The translations under genes were made by a program, and so were the position numbers. A model generated the notes under the pieces. The model was not told where the DNA came from. It made no database searches and was given only the letters and a program-made list of their open reading frames with translations. Source: an uncultured Acidobacteriota bacterium (GTDB lineage: Bacteria > Acidobacteriota > Thermoanaerobaculia > Multivoradales > UBA5704). From it: a stretch of DNA of 64,000 nt. Shown piece after piece: positions 9,411-19,343 of this stretch. The stretch covers positions 480,001-544,000 of the forward strand of contig OY969474.1 of the NCBI GenBank assembly GCA_963700145.1. Direction: 5' to 3'. Numbering within the stretch: the stretch's first letter is position 1; each line of letters opens with the position of its first letter.

Positions 9411-10474
9411 GACCGGCCGACCTGGTCTTCGTCGGCATCCCGGGCGAGACGCTCGACCGGGCCACCGCCGCGCTCCTCGCCGAGCACCAGCCGGGGGGGA
9501 TCGTCCTCTTCGGCCGCAACATCGACAGCCCCGAGCAGTTCCTCGAGCTGGTGACCGAGCTGCGCCGCATCCTGCCCGAGGCGGTCTTCGCGATCGACGC
9601 CGAGGGCGGGCGCGTGGACCGGCTGCGCGACGTCGTGGCGCCGGCGCCGGCGGGCGAGCTGCTGGCCCGCAACCCGCCGCAGATCGCCTACCAGGCCGGG
9701 CGCTGGATCGGCCAGGCGCTCCGCCTCTTCGACCTCGACATGGACTTCGCGCCGGTCGTCGACCTCGACCGCGGCGAGCGCGACAACTCGCTGCGAGGCC
9801 GCTACCTCGGCGCGCGGCCGGAGGAGGTGGTCGAGCGCGCGCGGGCCTTCCTGCGCGGCCTCCACGCCGGCGGCGTCGGCGGCTGCGTCAAGCACTTCCC
9901 GGGGCTCGGCGGGGCGGGGGAGGACACCCACTTCCGCGGCTCGGCGGTCTACCTGCCGGCCTCCGAGCTGCAGGCCGACCTCGAGCCGTTCGCGACGCTC
10001 GCGCCGCTGGCCGGCGCGGTCATGGTCTCGCACGGCGTCTACCCGGCCTACGACGGCGAGCAGCGCCCGGCGACGCTGTCGCCGCCGATCCTCGGCGGCC
10101 TGCTGCGCGGGCGGCTGGGCTTCGAGGGGCTGGCCTTCTCGGACGACCTGGAGATGGAGGCGCTGGCGCCCTGGGGCGACCTCGCCGAGCGCTCCCAGGC
10201 CTCCTTCGCCGCCGGCTGCGACGCGCTGCCGATCTGCCACCACTGCGAGGTGCTGCCCGAGGTCGTGGCGCGCCTCGACGACCTCGGCCTCGCCTCCCGC
10301 CGCATGGAGGCCTACGCCCGCCTCGACCGCTACCGCCAGCGCCTCCGCACCCTGCACGAAGCCCACGAGCACACCACCACCCACCGCCCCGGCCACACCA
10401 GCCATCGCCTGGAAGAGATCCGCCAGCGGCTCGCGGAGCTGGGGGAGATCGCGGGGCGGGTGGAGAGGGCGTAG
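9407..10474 (+). CDS. nagZ: GH3 beta-N-acetylhexosaminidase (NagZ-like)
   Basis: ATGA overlap with mutS; GGIVLFGRN, AIDAEGGRVDRL, APVVDL, KHFPGLG...DTH, SDDLEM. Confidence 0.88.
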   Translation: MRPADLVFVGIPGETLDRATAALLAEHQPGGIVLFGRNIDSPEQFLELVTELRRILPEAVFAIDAEGGRVDRLRDVVAPAPAGELLARNPPQIAYQAGRWIGQALRLFDLDMDFAPVVDLDRGERDNSLRGRYLGARPEEVVERARAFLRGLHAGGVGGCVKHFPGLGGAGEDTHFRGSAVYLPASELQADLEPFATLAPLAGAVMVSHGVYPAYDGEQRPATLSPPILGGLLRGRLGFEGLAFSDDLEMEALAPWGDLAERSQASFAAGCDALPICHHCEVLPEVVARLDDLGLASRRMEAYARLDRYRQRLRTLHEAHEHTTTHRPGHTSHRLEEIRQRLAELGEIAGRVERA

Positions 10475-10479
10475 GGCGA

Positions 10480-11823
10480 TTGACCATGCCAGGTCCTAGC
10501 ACGCTGTTCACCAAATTCGGGCGGGCATTCCATGCTCTGCTTCACGGCATTACGGCACTTCTCCGACGGCTCCACTTCCTGCGAGCCCCGCATCCACGAG
10601 CTGCTTCATGGGCATTCTTTGTCCGTGTGACCATGCGAGGACCGCAGGAACTCCGGCCTGCGCTCGGGCTTGACGAGGCTGCCTTCCGAGGAGTTGCAGG
10701 CTTCTCTCACTCCGACAGCCGTGCGTACTATCTGTATGCGGTGCTCGATGAGATTGGCAAGACCAGTGTTGCACTTCAGCGATGGTCGGAGTTCCTGGAC
10801 AGTCCCGACAAAGCCGATCCCGGTGAAAACCTGACTCGCATGATACTTGAATCAGTGTTGGACGAGCAGGACGCGAGAAGGCGCCGACTCCTTGAACTTC
10901 TTGTTGACCTCATTTGCTTCCGCACAACCAATGAGCAGGAATACTACCGCCACTACATGCTTCTACAGGACGCACGGCGTACTCTCTCCGCGCATATCGA
11001 TTATAGGCGCTTCTATGGCATTGACAATCAGCGGCTTCGCGCGCAGGCGCAACCTACGCTTCAATGGATTAGCCAACTTGAGGCCGGACCAGTCAACGTC
11101 GCGCTATGCTGGTATCGGGATCAGCGCGCCCGGCCACAGGCCCAGCCAGAACCAGGGCGGATGCTTTCTAGCGTTCGCTCGCGGCTCCAAATTGCACTGG
11201 CGCAGGCTACGGAGCACGAAAAGATCGCGCTGGGCCTTAGCTATGCCGCGTACTCAGCCGCAAGTGCTGGAGTCCACTTTGATCCGAGTCGTTTGCGGTA
11301 CGCCGACTGGCTCGAACAAGCTGGCAGATCGATGACTGTGATCGGAATTCTCGCACTCAACTGCCTCGTCGGGGTCCAGAAGCTGCTTGGCATTACACCA
11401 CTAGGTGTCAGTAACAAGGTCCGCGAGATCCTGGAGGGTGAGGAAATAGTGCGAATGTCCGAGGCCCTGGTGGGGCGGCGAGCAGAAGCAGGCGATTTCG
11501 TGTTGGCGTATGGTGACAGATTGGCAGAAGTCAGTCAGGTGAAGAAAAACCAATTTGGCTATGAGTCGTACTGCGTGTATTTCCTCGAGCCAAACCCGCC
11601 AAGCGGTATTTACGAGGATTGGCTGCCACCACACCAGGTCACGAGGCTGAAGAAACTCGACCAGCTAATGATTGCGGTGCGTGAGGAGCTGATTGCGAAT
11701 AGCGTACCCGCTGGCCAGCTAAACGCCGCTACCCTTAGAGAGCCGATCAGGGGAGCAATGGTGGATGTCTGGAACGCCGGACTTCGAGACCACGTGCTGA
11801 GCGAAGGTAGGCAGCGTAGCTGA
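10480..11823 (+). CDS. Low-GC hypothetical protein, possible HEPN-like helical domain plus SH3-like C-terminus (probable start ATG 10633)
   Basis: Long ORF with visibly AT-richer codons than its neighbours; Y-x3-S-x3-H motif (YSAASAGVH); C-terminal GDFVLAYG..AEV..YCVYFL..EDWLP beta-barrel-like pattern. Confidence 0.65.
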   Translation: MTMPGPSTLFTKFGRAFHALLHGITALLRRLHFLRAPHPRAASWAFFVRVTMRGPQELRPALGLDEAAFRGVAGFSHSDSRAYYLYAVLDEIGKTSVALQRWSEFLDSPDKADPGENLTRMILESVLDEQDARRRRLLELLVDLICFRTTNEQEYYRHYMLLQDARRTLSAHIDYRRFYGIDNQRLRAQAQPTLQWISQLEAGPVNVALCWYRDQRARPQAQPEPGRMLSSVRSRLQIALAQATEHEKIALGLSYAAYSAASAGVHFDPSRLRYADWLEQAGRSMTVIGILALNCLVGVQKLLGITPLGVSNKVREILEGEEIVRMSEALVGRRAEAGDFVLAYGDRLAEVSQVKKNQFGYESYCVYFLEPNPPSGIYEDWLPPHQVTRLKKLDQLMIAVREELIANSVPAGQLNAATLREPIRGAMVDVWNAGLRDHVLSEGRQRS

Positions 11824-12051
11824 GCCGGACGGCCCTGGCCTGGTCGCCGACTTCGCCGCGGAGCGCGGGGAAGGGATCATGAGTTTGAGCGTCCCGGTCG
11901 GCGACCTTGAGGCCGCGCTCGACCTCGTCAATGGCAACACTGGCCGGGGCGTAGTGACCTTCGAGTACAACGGCCGGGACCGCTTCCTGATCCCGGCTTC
12001 GCTGACTCACGAGCTTCTGATCGAGATCGTCGAGGCGGAGTAGCCCTCAGC
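11822..12051 (+). pseudogene. 3'-end remnant of a VOC-family gene (diverged copy of 13557-13786)
   Basis: Translates EPDGPGLVADFAAERGEGIMSLSV...RDRFLIPASLTHELLIEIVEAE*, matching the C-terminus of 12792-13778; 5' part absent. Confidence 0.88.
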
Positions 12052-12541
12052 GCTTGTCCTCTTCCAGCCGCAGCCTGAGGAACTGCACGTCGGCGCGGTC
12101 GCTGTCCCGGACCGTCTGTTTCATGCGGATCAACAAGGGCTTGCTCGCGATGGGGATCGAGACGCCTTCGACCTCCCGCCGTTCGATGCCCTCAGCCGCC
12201 GCCTGTTCGTAGTTGATGCCGCAGGCCGCCGCCATGAGGTCGATGACGATCTCGTCGGCTACGCGCACCACTTGGTACTTGCCGACCTCGTCGTCCGCGA
12301 CCGCGGCCACGGCGTTGTCGGGGAGCGTCGAAAGGGCGCGCTTGACGGCCTGGACGTTCTCGGGCGCCGTGTCCACGAGTAGATCGATGTCCTTCGTGCC
12401 GCGGACGTAACCGTGGAGGATGACGGCAAAGCCGCCGATGAGAACGTAGCGCGCGCCCTCGCGGTTGAGGGCGGCGCAGAGGCTCAGGAGGTCTTCGAGC
12501 TCCGGCGCGCGTGAGTAGCCGCGATCTGGCGCATCATCCAT
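12047..12541 (-). CDS. Minimal nucleotidyltransferase (Pol-beta superfamily, DUF6036-like)
   Basis: YVLIGGFAVILHGYVRGTKDIDLL and LIRMKQTVRDSDRADV motifs; ATG at 12541. Confidence 0.8.
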   Translation of the reverse strand: MDDAPDRGYSRAPELEDLLSLCAALNREGARYVLIGGFAVILHGYVRGTKDIDLLVDTAPENVQAVKRALSTLPDNAVAAVADDEVGKYQVVRVADEIVIDLMAAACGINYEQAAAEGIERREVEGVSIPIASKPLLIRMKQTVRDSDRADVQFLRLRLEEDKR

Positions 12542-12693
12542 TCGTCGGCTTCCTCGTGGCTGGTGAAGCGGTACACCCCGCGCGGCACGAGCGCGCCGCC
12601 TCGCAGCCGGTTGATCGTGCGCTGGAGGATGGCGATGTCGCGGACCGGGTCGCCGCCTTCGGGCCGCACCGAGATCCGCTTGTAGGCGCGCAC
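12484..12693 (-). CDS. Small partner protein upstream of the nucleotidyltransferase
   Basis: 69 aa with PRGVYRFTSHEEADEW; overlaps the NTase start, a two-gene TA-like layout. Confidence 0.6.
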   Translation of the reverse strand: MRAYKRISVRPEGGDPVRDIAILQRTINRLRGGALVPRGVYRFTSHEEADEWMMRQIAATHARRSSKTS

Positions 12694-12791
12694 GGGTGGA
12701 TGATACCGCCCTCGGCTCGCCCCGCTGTCCCCTTATCGCCCGCATCCGATACCTGGCTTGTAGATCAACTTCGCAGGAAGGGCGGTGAACC

Positions 12792-13778
12792 ATGAACGCG
12801 CGGCGGATTCGGTGGACGGCGGTGTGGGCGCTGCTGGCGCTGGCGCTCGGGGGCCAGGCGGCGGCGCAGGGGCTGGGCGACGGTCGGGGGATCGATCACG
12901 TCGCCTTGCTGGTCCGGTTGGAGAACTTCGACCAAGCGGTCGATGTCCTGACCGAGGAGCTCGGCTTCGCGGCCACGGCGGCCCTGCTCAACCCCTTGGG
13001 GGCCAAGAACCGGCTGATCTGGTTCGACGACGAGACCTACCTGGAGGTCGTGGCGTTCACCGAGCTGAACGACTTCACGGCACCCTTCCTGGCCTTCCTG
13101 GAAGACCACGAGGGCGCCAAGTTCTACGGCACCGACGTGGTGGACGCCGACCAGGCGATCGCGTTCCTGACCGACGCCGGCTATCCCAACGTCGGCCCGG
13201 TCCCGGCGCCGCCTTTGACCATCGAAGAGACCGGCGACGTCGTCGGGCTCACCCCGCTGTGGCGCTCGATCATCCTCACCGAGCGCCTCGCCCCCGACAA
13301 CTCGAACTTCTTCGTCGACTACGACGAGGCCCAGGTCGAGCAGATGCTCGCCGACTTCCCGGTCCTGGCCCCGCAGCCGCATCCCAACACGGCGCAGAGG
13401 ATGGACACGCTCTGGCTGGTGGTCGCGGACCTCGACGCGGCGATCGAGTTCTACGAGGGCCTCGGGCTCCTGGTCGAAGCCAAGCACCAGAAGATCCACT
13501 ACCTTGGTGGCCGCGGCGCGCTGGTGCGGTACCACAACAACACCCTGGCTCTGCTGGAGCCGGACGGCCCCGGCCCGGTCGCCGATTTCGCCGCCGATCG
13601 AGGCGAAGGGATCATGGGCGTGAGCATTCAGGTCGCCGATTTCGGGGCCGCCCTCGCCCTCGTCAACGGCAACACCGGACTGGCGCTGGAGAGCTTCCAG
13701 TACAAGGGGCGGGACCGCTTCCTGATCCCGGCGTCCCTGACCCACGAGTTTCTGATCGAGATGGTCGAGGCGGAGTAA
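12792..13778 (+). CDS. Secreted VOC/glyoxalase-like protein
   Basis: Signal peptide; GIDHVALLV, GAKNRLIWF, YLEVVA, DLDAAIEFYEGLG. Confidence 0.8.
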   Translation: MNARRIRWTAVWALLALALGGQAAAQGLGDGRGIDHVALLVRLENFDQAVDVLTEELGFAATAALLNPLGAKNRLIWFDDETYLEVVAFTELNDFTAPFLAFLEDHEGAKFYGTDVVDADQAIAFLTDAGYPNVGPVPAPPLTIEETGDVVGLTPLWRSIILTERLAPDNSNFFVDYDEAQVEQMLADFPVLAPQPHPNTAQRMDTLWLVVADLDAAIEFYEGLGLLVEAKHQKIHYLGGRGALVRYHNNTLALLEPDGPGPVADFAADRGEGIMGVSIQVADFGAALALVNGNTGLALESFQYKGRDRFLIPASLTHEFLIEMVEAE

Positions 13779-13781
13779 CCC

Positions 13782-16740
13782 TCAGCTCCCCGGCAGGGCA
13801 GCAGTGTCGCCGCGGCTGGCGAGGCGGCCGGAGGGGTTTTCGTAGCGGGCCGTGCGGCCGGTCGCGGTGTCGGTGACGGTGAGGGTGTACTCGACGCTCG
13901 ACAGGGCACCGTAGAAGACCCAGAACTTGCCGTTGAGGCCGCGGCCGTCGAGGACCTTCACCATCAGCTCGACGTTGGCGGCGTCGAAGAACCAGAAGCT
14001 GCCGGTGTCGGCGGTCAAGGGCACGGCGCGGCCGGTGCCGCGGTTGCCGTCGAAGTCGCGCCAGGCGACCTCGACGGCGAAGCGGCCGCCCTGGAGGCAG
14101 AGCCGGGTGGCGGCGGCGACGCAGGCGCCGGCCGGCGCGGGAACGGCCGCCACGCCCGCGGACACGCCTGTTTGACCGGCCGCCGCGACGGACGCCGCCG
14201 CCGGCAGCGCCTGCGTGTCGCCGACGCTGGCCATCGTGCCCGCCGGGTTGCGGTAGGTCTTCGCCGCGCCGGTCTGGGTGTCGGTGACGGTCAGCGTGTA
14301 CTCGACGCTCGACAGCGCGCCGTAGAAGACCCAGAACTTGCCGTTGAGGCCGCGCCCGTCCAGCACCTTGACCGCCAGCTCCAGGTTGTCGTCGTCGAAG
14401 AACCAGAAGGCGCCGGTGTCAGCGGTGAGCGGCACGGCATGCCCGGCGCCGGTCTTGCCGTCGAAGTCGCGCCAGGAGACCTCCAGCTTGAAGCGCCCGC
14501 CGCGCAGGCAGAGGCGCGTCGGGCTGGCGACGCACGGCCCCGGCGCCTCGCCGCTCGCCTTCCAGGCGCGGAGCAGGCGCGCCAGCGCCTCCGGCTCGTT
14601 GGCCGCCGCCGGCCGCCCCTCCTGATCCTTGCTGGACGGCCCGTGGCAGGCGGGGCAGACGCGCACCTCGCCGGCCTGCACCGTCAGCCAGTACCGCTCC
14701 CGCACCACCGCCTCGCCGGCCGGATCGGTGAGCTGCCAGGTGACCGCGCGGTGCGCCGGCACGAAGGCGGCGACCGAGCCGTCCGGCGCCACCGCCGCGT
14801 TCTCCGCCGCGCCGCCGGCGAGCCGGTTCGCCGCGGCCGCGGCGGCGTCGTGCAACACGCGCGCGAGCACCCGCCGCCCTCGCCTCGGGTCGGCAGTGCC
14901 GCCCAGCCCGCGCACCTGGTCGCCCTGGAAGAGCTGGAGGTGGCTCACCGCGTATTCGCGGCCGGCGCTGCCGCGCGAGGCCGCGCCGCCGCCGGCGACG
15001 CGCAGGTTGAACGGCTGCTGGCGGTCGAGGGCGTCGCGGGTGGTGACGTTGCGGGTGACGACGAGGCCCAGGCCGCGCGCCCGCAGGTAGTCGCGGAAGG
15101 CCTCCGGGTCCACCCCCTCGCGGGCGAAGACCGCCGCCTCTGGCGCCGGCAGCGGCGCGCCGCGCGTCGCCGGCTTGGCGCGCGGGCGGACCGCCACCGG
15201 GTCGAGCTCCCAGAGCTCGCCGGTGTGCTCGACCAGCTCGTCGGGGTCCCAGTAGGAGATCGTCTCGCGGATCCCGGGCGTCAGCGGCGCGCCGGCGGTC
15301 CAGTAGGCGCCGGCCTGCTCCAGGCGCTTCAAGCGGAAGGCGTAGCGCGAGCGCGGGCGCTGCCGGGTACCCTCGTTGCGGTCCTCGCGGGTCTCGGCGG
15401 CGTGGACGGCGACCAGCGTGCCGTCGGCGAGCGGCAGCGGGTTGCGGTAGTGGCCGCTGTGGCCGGCCGCCGGGCTCTCCCCCTCGGACGTCGTTTCGCG
15501 GGTCGCCGGGTGGGTCAGGTACTCGACCGCGATCGCGTCGGCGGCGCGCTCGCGGCGCGGCGAGCGCCACGATCCGCCCGGAGGCGTGGGTCTCGAACTC
15601 CGGCGCGTCGATGCCGAGGTAGCGCCCCGGCGCGCGCGGGTCCTCGGCGATCTGCAGGAGGTTCTCGAGCGGGTTGGGGTTGACGCGCTCGACGTTGTAG
15701 CCGATGAGCTCCTCGAGGTCGTCGTCGTCGTGGCGGCTGCGGTTGAAGTACTCGTGCAGCTCGTGCCGGCCGAGGTGGTTGAGGGTCTCGAGCTCGCTGC
15801 CGTCCTCGTTGATCTGCCAGGGGAAGAAGTGGTTGAAGCTGTGCCCTTCGAGCGGCGTGCCGGCGAGGAGGTCCTCGCGCACCCGGCGCGGCTCGGGGAA
15901 GATCTCCTCGCGCCGCGGCAGCCGCGCCGCGCCCGCGCTCTCGTCGGCGTAGTCGAAGGTGCCGTAGTTGTCGCCTTCGAGGGCGTCGGCGTCGGCCTGC
16001 TGGTCGCGCTCCAGGTGGTCCCAGCGGGTGTAGACGACCCGCCCGAAGCTGTCGACGAGCGGCCGGAAGGCGCCGGAGGGCGCGTGGTCGAGGAGCCGCA
16101 GGTCGCCGCTCGCCGGATCGAGGCTCCAGAGGCCGGTGTTGGTCGGCACCTCCTCGTACTCGTCGAGCTGCGGGTAGAGGTGGCGCTCGCCCGAGCGCGG
16201 GCGGTCGGAGGTGAAGATCACGCGGCCGTTGGTGCCGTAGACCGGGCTGACGTTGTTGGCGTCGGCCGGCTGGCCGGGGAGCTTGCGCACCTGCGCCGTC
16301 TCACCCGGGGCGAGGCCGGTCACCTCGTAGATTTGCCACCAGGTGGTGACGTACTCGTAGCGCTCGGTCGTGGCGCCGACGACCATGCTGAAGAGGGCCT
16401 TCGTCCCGGTCCAATCGACGGAGGGCTCACGCACCGCGATGGCGCCCGCGCCCTGGAAGCCCTCGACGCCGAAGCCGGCCTCTTTCGTCAGGTTCCGCAG
16501 CTGCCCGCTCGGGTAGAGGATCCAGAGGTCGCCGCCGCGGCCGGCGGAGTCGACGTCCGGCAGGTGGTTGCCGAAGACCGAGCCGATGGTCGTGAAGTCC
16601 GCCGGGATCGGCACCTGCGTCACGAAGAGGATGGGGTAGGGGAGCGGGGCGGCGGCGGGCGCGGGCAGGTGAGCGGGCGCCGAGCCGCCGGGGGCGGCGA
16701 CGAGCGCGCAGCAGGCGAAGAGGGCGAGGGCCCGGGCCAT
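13782..16740 (-). CDS. Secreted HzsA-related beta-propeller/heme-c protein with two C-terminal repeat domains; frameshift near 15552
   Basis: Signal peptide at 16740; YTRWDH, SFNHFFPWQIN.DG. The frame changes at ...VALAAP|ERAADAIAVEYLTHP; the second frame carries RERYWLTVQAGEVRVCPACHG (CxxCH). Confidence 0.75.
13790..14540 (-). repeat. Two tandem copies of a ~105-aa Cys-containing domain
   Basis: CV...TRLCL.GGRF..EV.WRDFDG..G.G.AVPLTADTG.FWFFD..N.EL.VKVLDGRGLNGKFWVFYGALSSVEYTLTVTDT occurs twice. Confidence 0.9.
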
Positions 16741-16811
16741 GGAGTCGCTGCTTCGATAGACGAGCGCGCATAGATTAGCACCGCCGCCCGCTGCTACACT
16801 GCGCCGCCCGC

Positions 16812-19343
16812 ATGCGAAGCCGCCGGTTTGCCGCCGTCCTCCTGCCTTTGTTGACCCTCGCCGCGGCGCTCCCGGCCGCGGCCGCGCCCCCTCCCGAGCC
16901 ACTGCCGAAGATCGCCGCCAGGACCGCCGGCCTCGAGCGCCGGCCGGGGCTCCTGGTGACCTATCTCGACCGCCAGCGCGGGCGGGTGTGGTTGGAGGTG
17001 CCGAAGGCGGCGGGGCCGCGCGGCGAGGTGGGGAGCTACCTCTACGTCGAGGGCCTCCTCTCGGGGCTCGGCTCGAACCCGGTGGGGCTCGACCGCGGCC
17101 AGCTCGGCGAGACGCGCGTCGTCACCTTGCGCCGCGTCGGTGACCGCCTCCTGGTCGAGCAGCAGAACCTCGCCTTCCGCGCCTTGACCGACCGCCCCGA
17201 GGAGCTGCGCGCGGTGCGCGAGTCGTTCGCGCCGTCGGTCCTCTGGGCCGGGGAGATCGCAGCCCTCGACCCCGACGGCCGGGCGCTCGTCGATCTGACG
17301 CCCTTCCTGGTGCGCGACGCGCACGACGTCGTCGCCACGCTCAAGGCGACCGGCCAGGGGACTTGGTCGCTCGACGCGGCGCGCAGCGCCCTCGACCCCG
17401 AGGCCTGCCTCGCCTTCCCCGAGAACCTGGAGCTCGAGGCCCTCCTGACCTACCAGTCGGCTGAGCCGGGAGAGGAGGTGCGGAACACGGCGCCCTCGCC
17501 GGGCGCGATCACCCTCGTCCAGCACCACTCGCTCCTCCGCCTGCCGGGTCCCGGCTACACGCCGCGCCGCTACGACCCGCGCGCCGGCTCCTTCGACGTC
17601 CGCTTCTTCGACTACGCGGCGCCGCTCGGGGCACCGATCGAGACCCGCTGGATCGTCCGCCACCGGCTGGAGAAGACGAACCCGGCGGCGGCGACCTCGC
17701 CGGCCAAGGAGCCGATCGTCTTCTACGTCGATTCCGGGGCGCCCGAGCCGGTGCGCAGCGCGCTCGTCGAGGGCGCCTCCTGGTGGGCGCAGGCGTTCGC
17801 GGCGGCGGGGTTCGAGAACGCCTACCGGGTGGAGATCCTGCCGGCCGACGCGCACCCGCTCGACGCGCGTTACAACGTCATCCAGTGGGTGCACCGCGCG
17901 ACCCGCGGCTGGTCGTACGGCGGCGGGGTCGTCGATCCGCGCACCGGCGAGATGGTCAAGGGGCACGTGACGCTCGGCTCGCTGCGGGTGCGGCAGGACC
18001 GCCTGCTCTTCGAAGGGTTGGTCGGCGCCGACGCGACCGGCACGGGAGGCGCGAACGACCCGCTCGTCTATGCCCTGGCGCGCATCCGCCAGCTCGCCGC
18101 GCACGAGGTCGGGCACGCGCTCGGCTTCGCCCACAACTTCGCCGCCAGCACCTACGGCCGCGCCTCCGTCATGGACTACCCGGCGCCGCTGGTGCGGGTG
18201 ACGGCGGCGGGGGAGCTGGACCTCTCGCAGGCTTACGCGGCCGGCGCCGGCGCCTGGGACAAGCACGCGGCGCGCTACGCCTACAGCCAGTTCCCGCCCG
18301 GCGCGGACGAGGCGGCGGCGCTCGCGGCGATCGTGCAGGAGGGGCTGGCGCAAGGGCTCCTCTTCCTCGGCGACGAGGACGCCCGCGCCCCCGGCTCGTC
18401 GCACCCGCTCGCCCACCTCTGGGACAACGGCCTCGACGCCACCGCCGGGCTCGAGCAGGCGCTGGCGGTGCGCGCCGTCGCCCTCGCCAAGTTCGGCGCC
18501 CACAACGTCGCCGCCGGCCGGCCGCTGGCCTGGCTCCAGGAGGTGCTGGCGCCGGTCTACTTCCACCACCGCTACCAGCTCGAGGCGGCGGCCAAGCTGG
18601 TGGCCGGGCTCGACTACCGCCACGCCGCGCGCGGCGACGGCCAGCCGGCGGCGCAGCCGGTGGACGCCGTGCGGCAGCGCAAGGCGCTCGCCGCTCTCCT
18701 CTCGACGCTCGATCCCGCCACCCTCGACCTGCCCGAGCCGGTCCTCGCCCTCCTCCTGCCGCGCCCCCCCGGCGAGCCGCCCAACCGCGAGCTCTTCCCC
18801 GGCCGCACCGACCCCGCCTTCGACCCGCTCGCCGCCGCCGCCGCCGCCGCGGACATGACGGTCGATCTCCTCCTCCAGCCGCAGCGCGCGGCGCGGCTCG
18901 TCGACCTCCACCGCCGCCAGCCGGCGCTGCCGGGGCTCGAGGAGGTGCTGGCGGCGCTGGTCGAGAAGGTGTTCGGCGGGCCGCAGCCGCCGGACGAGCG
19001 GCGGCGCGAGGTGCGGCGGGCGGTGCAGTGGGTGGCGGCCGAGGGGCTGCTCGAGCTGGCGCGGAGCCCCGAGGCCTCGGCCGCGGTCGTCGCGCGCACC
19101 GACGACGCGCTGCGCGACCTCGTCGCGCGCCTCCGGCCGCTGACGCTGCGCGACGGCGGGCTGGGATGGGTCGCCGGCGCCGACGGGCCGCACGCGATGT
19201 ACCTGATCGCGCGCATCGAGCGCTATCTGAAGCGCGGGCAGGAGGAGACGGCCGCCGCCGGCCCGAAGCCGCCGCCGCCGCCGCCCGGCGCGCCGATCGG
19301 CGGGGCCGCACCCGCCCTGGCCGGCTGCTCGTGGGACGAGTAG
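16812..19343 (+). CDS. Secreted zinc-dependent metalloprotease (EcxA/DUF4953-DUF5117 type)
   Basis: HEVGHALGFAHN zinc motif, SVMDY Met-turn, DPRTGE, signal peptide. Confidence 0.9.
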   Translation: MRSRRFAAVLLPLLTLAAALPAAAAPPPEPLPKIAARTAGLERRPGLLVTYLDRQRGRVWLEVPKAAGPRGEVGSYLYVEGLLSGLGSNPVGLDRGQLGETRVVTLRRVGDRLLVEQQNLAFRALTDRPEELRAVRESFAPSVLWAGEIAALDPDGRALVDLTPFLVRDAHDVVATLKATGQGTWSLDAARSALDPEACLAFPENLELEALLTYQSAEPGEEVRNTAPSPGAITLVQHHSLLRLPGPGYTPRRYDPRAGSFDVRFFDYAAPLGAPIETRWIVRHRLEKTNPAAATSPAKEPIVFYVDSGAPEPVRSALVEGASWWAQAFAAAGFENAYRVEILPADAHPLDARYNVIQWVHRATRGWSYGGGVVDPRTGEMVKGHVTLGSLRVRQDRLLFEGLVGADATGTGGANDPLVYALARIRQLAAHEVGHALGFAHNFAASTYGRASVMDYPAPLVRVTAAGELDLSQAYAAGAGAWDKHAARYAYSQFPPGADEAAALAAIVQEGLAQGLLFLGDEDARAPGSSHPLAHLWDNGLDATAGLEQALAVRAVALAKFGAHNVAAGRPLAWLQEVLAPVYFHHRYQLEAAAKLVAGLDYRHAARGDGQPAAQPVDAVRQRKALAALLSTLDPATLDLPEPVLALLLPRPPGEPPNRELFPGRTDPAFDPLAAAAAAADMTVDLLLQPQRAARLVDLHRRQPALPGLEEVLAALVEKVFGGPQPPDERRREVRRAVQWVAAEGLLELARSPEASAAVVARTDDALRDLVARLRPLTLRDGGLGWVAGADGPHAMYLIARIERYLKRGQEETAAAGPKPPPPPPGAPIGGAAPALAGCSWDE

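Noticed and set aside
11822-13786. Diversity-generating retroelement TR/VR pair
   Set aside because: Differences are not restricted to adenines and no reverse transcriptase is present.
13782-16740. Anammox hydrazine synthase
   Set aside because: No hzsB/hzsC or other anammox genes; HzsA-like domains occur widely outside anammox bacteria.
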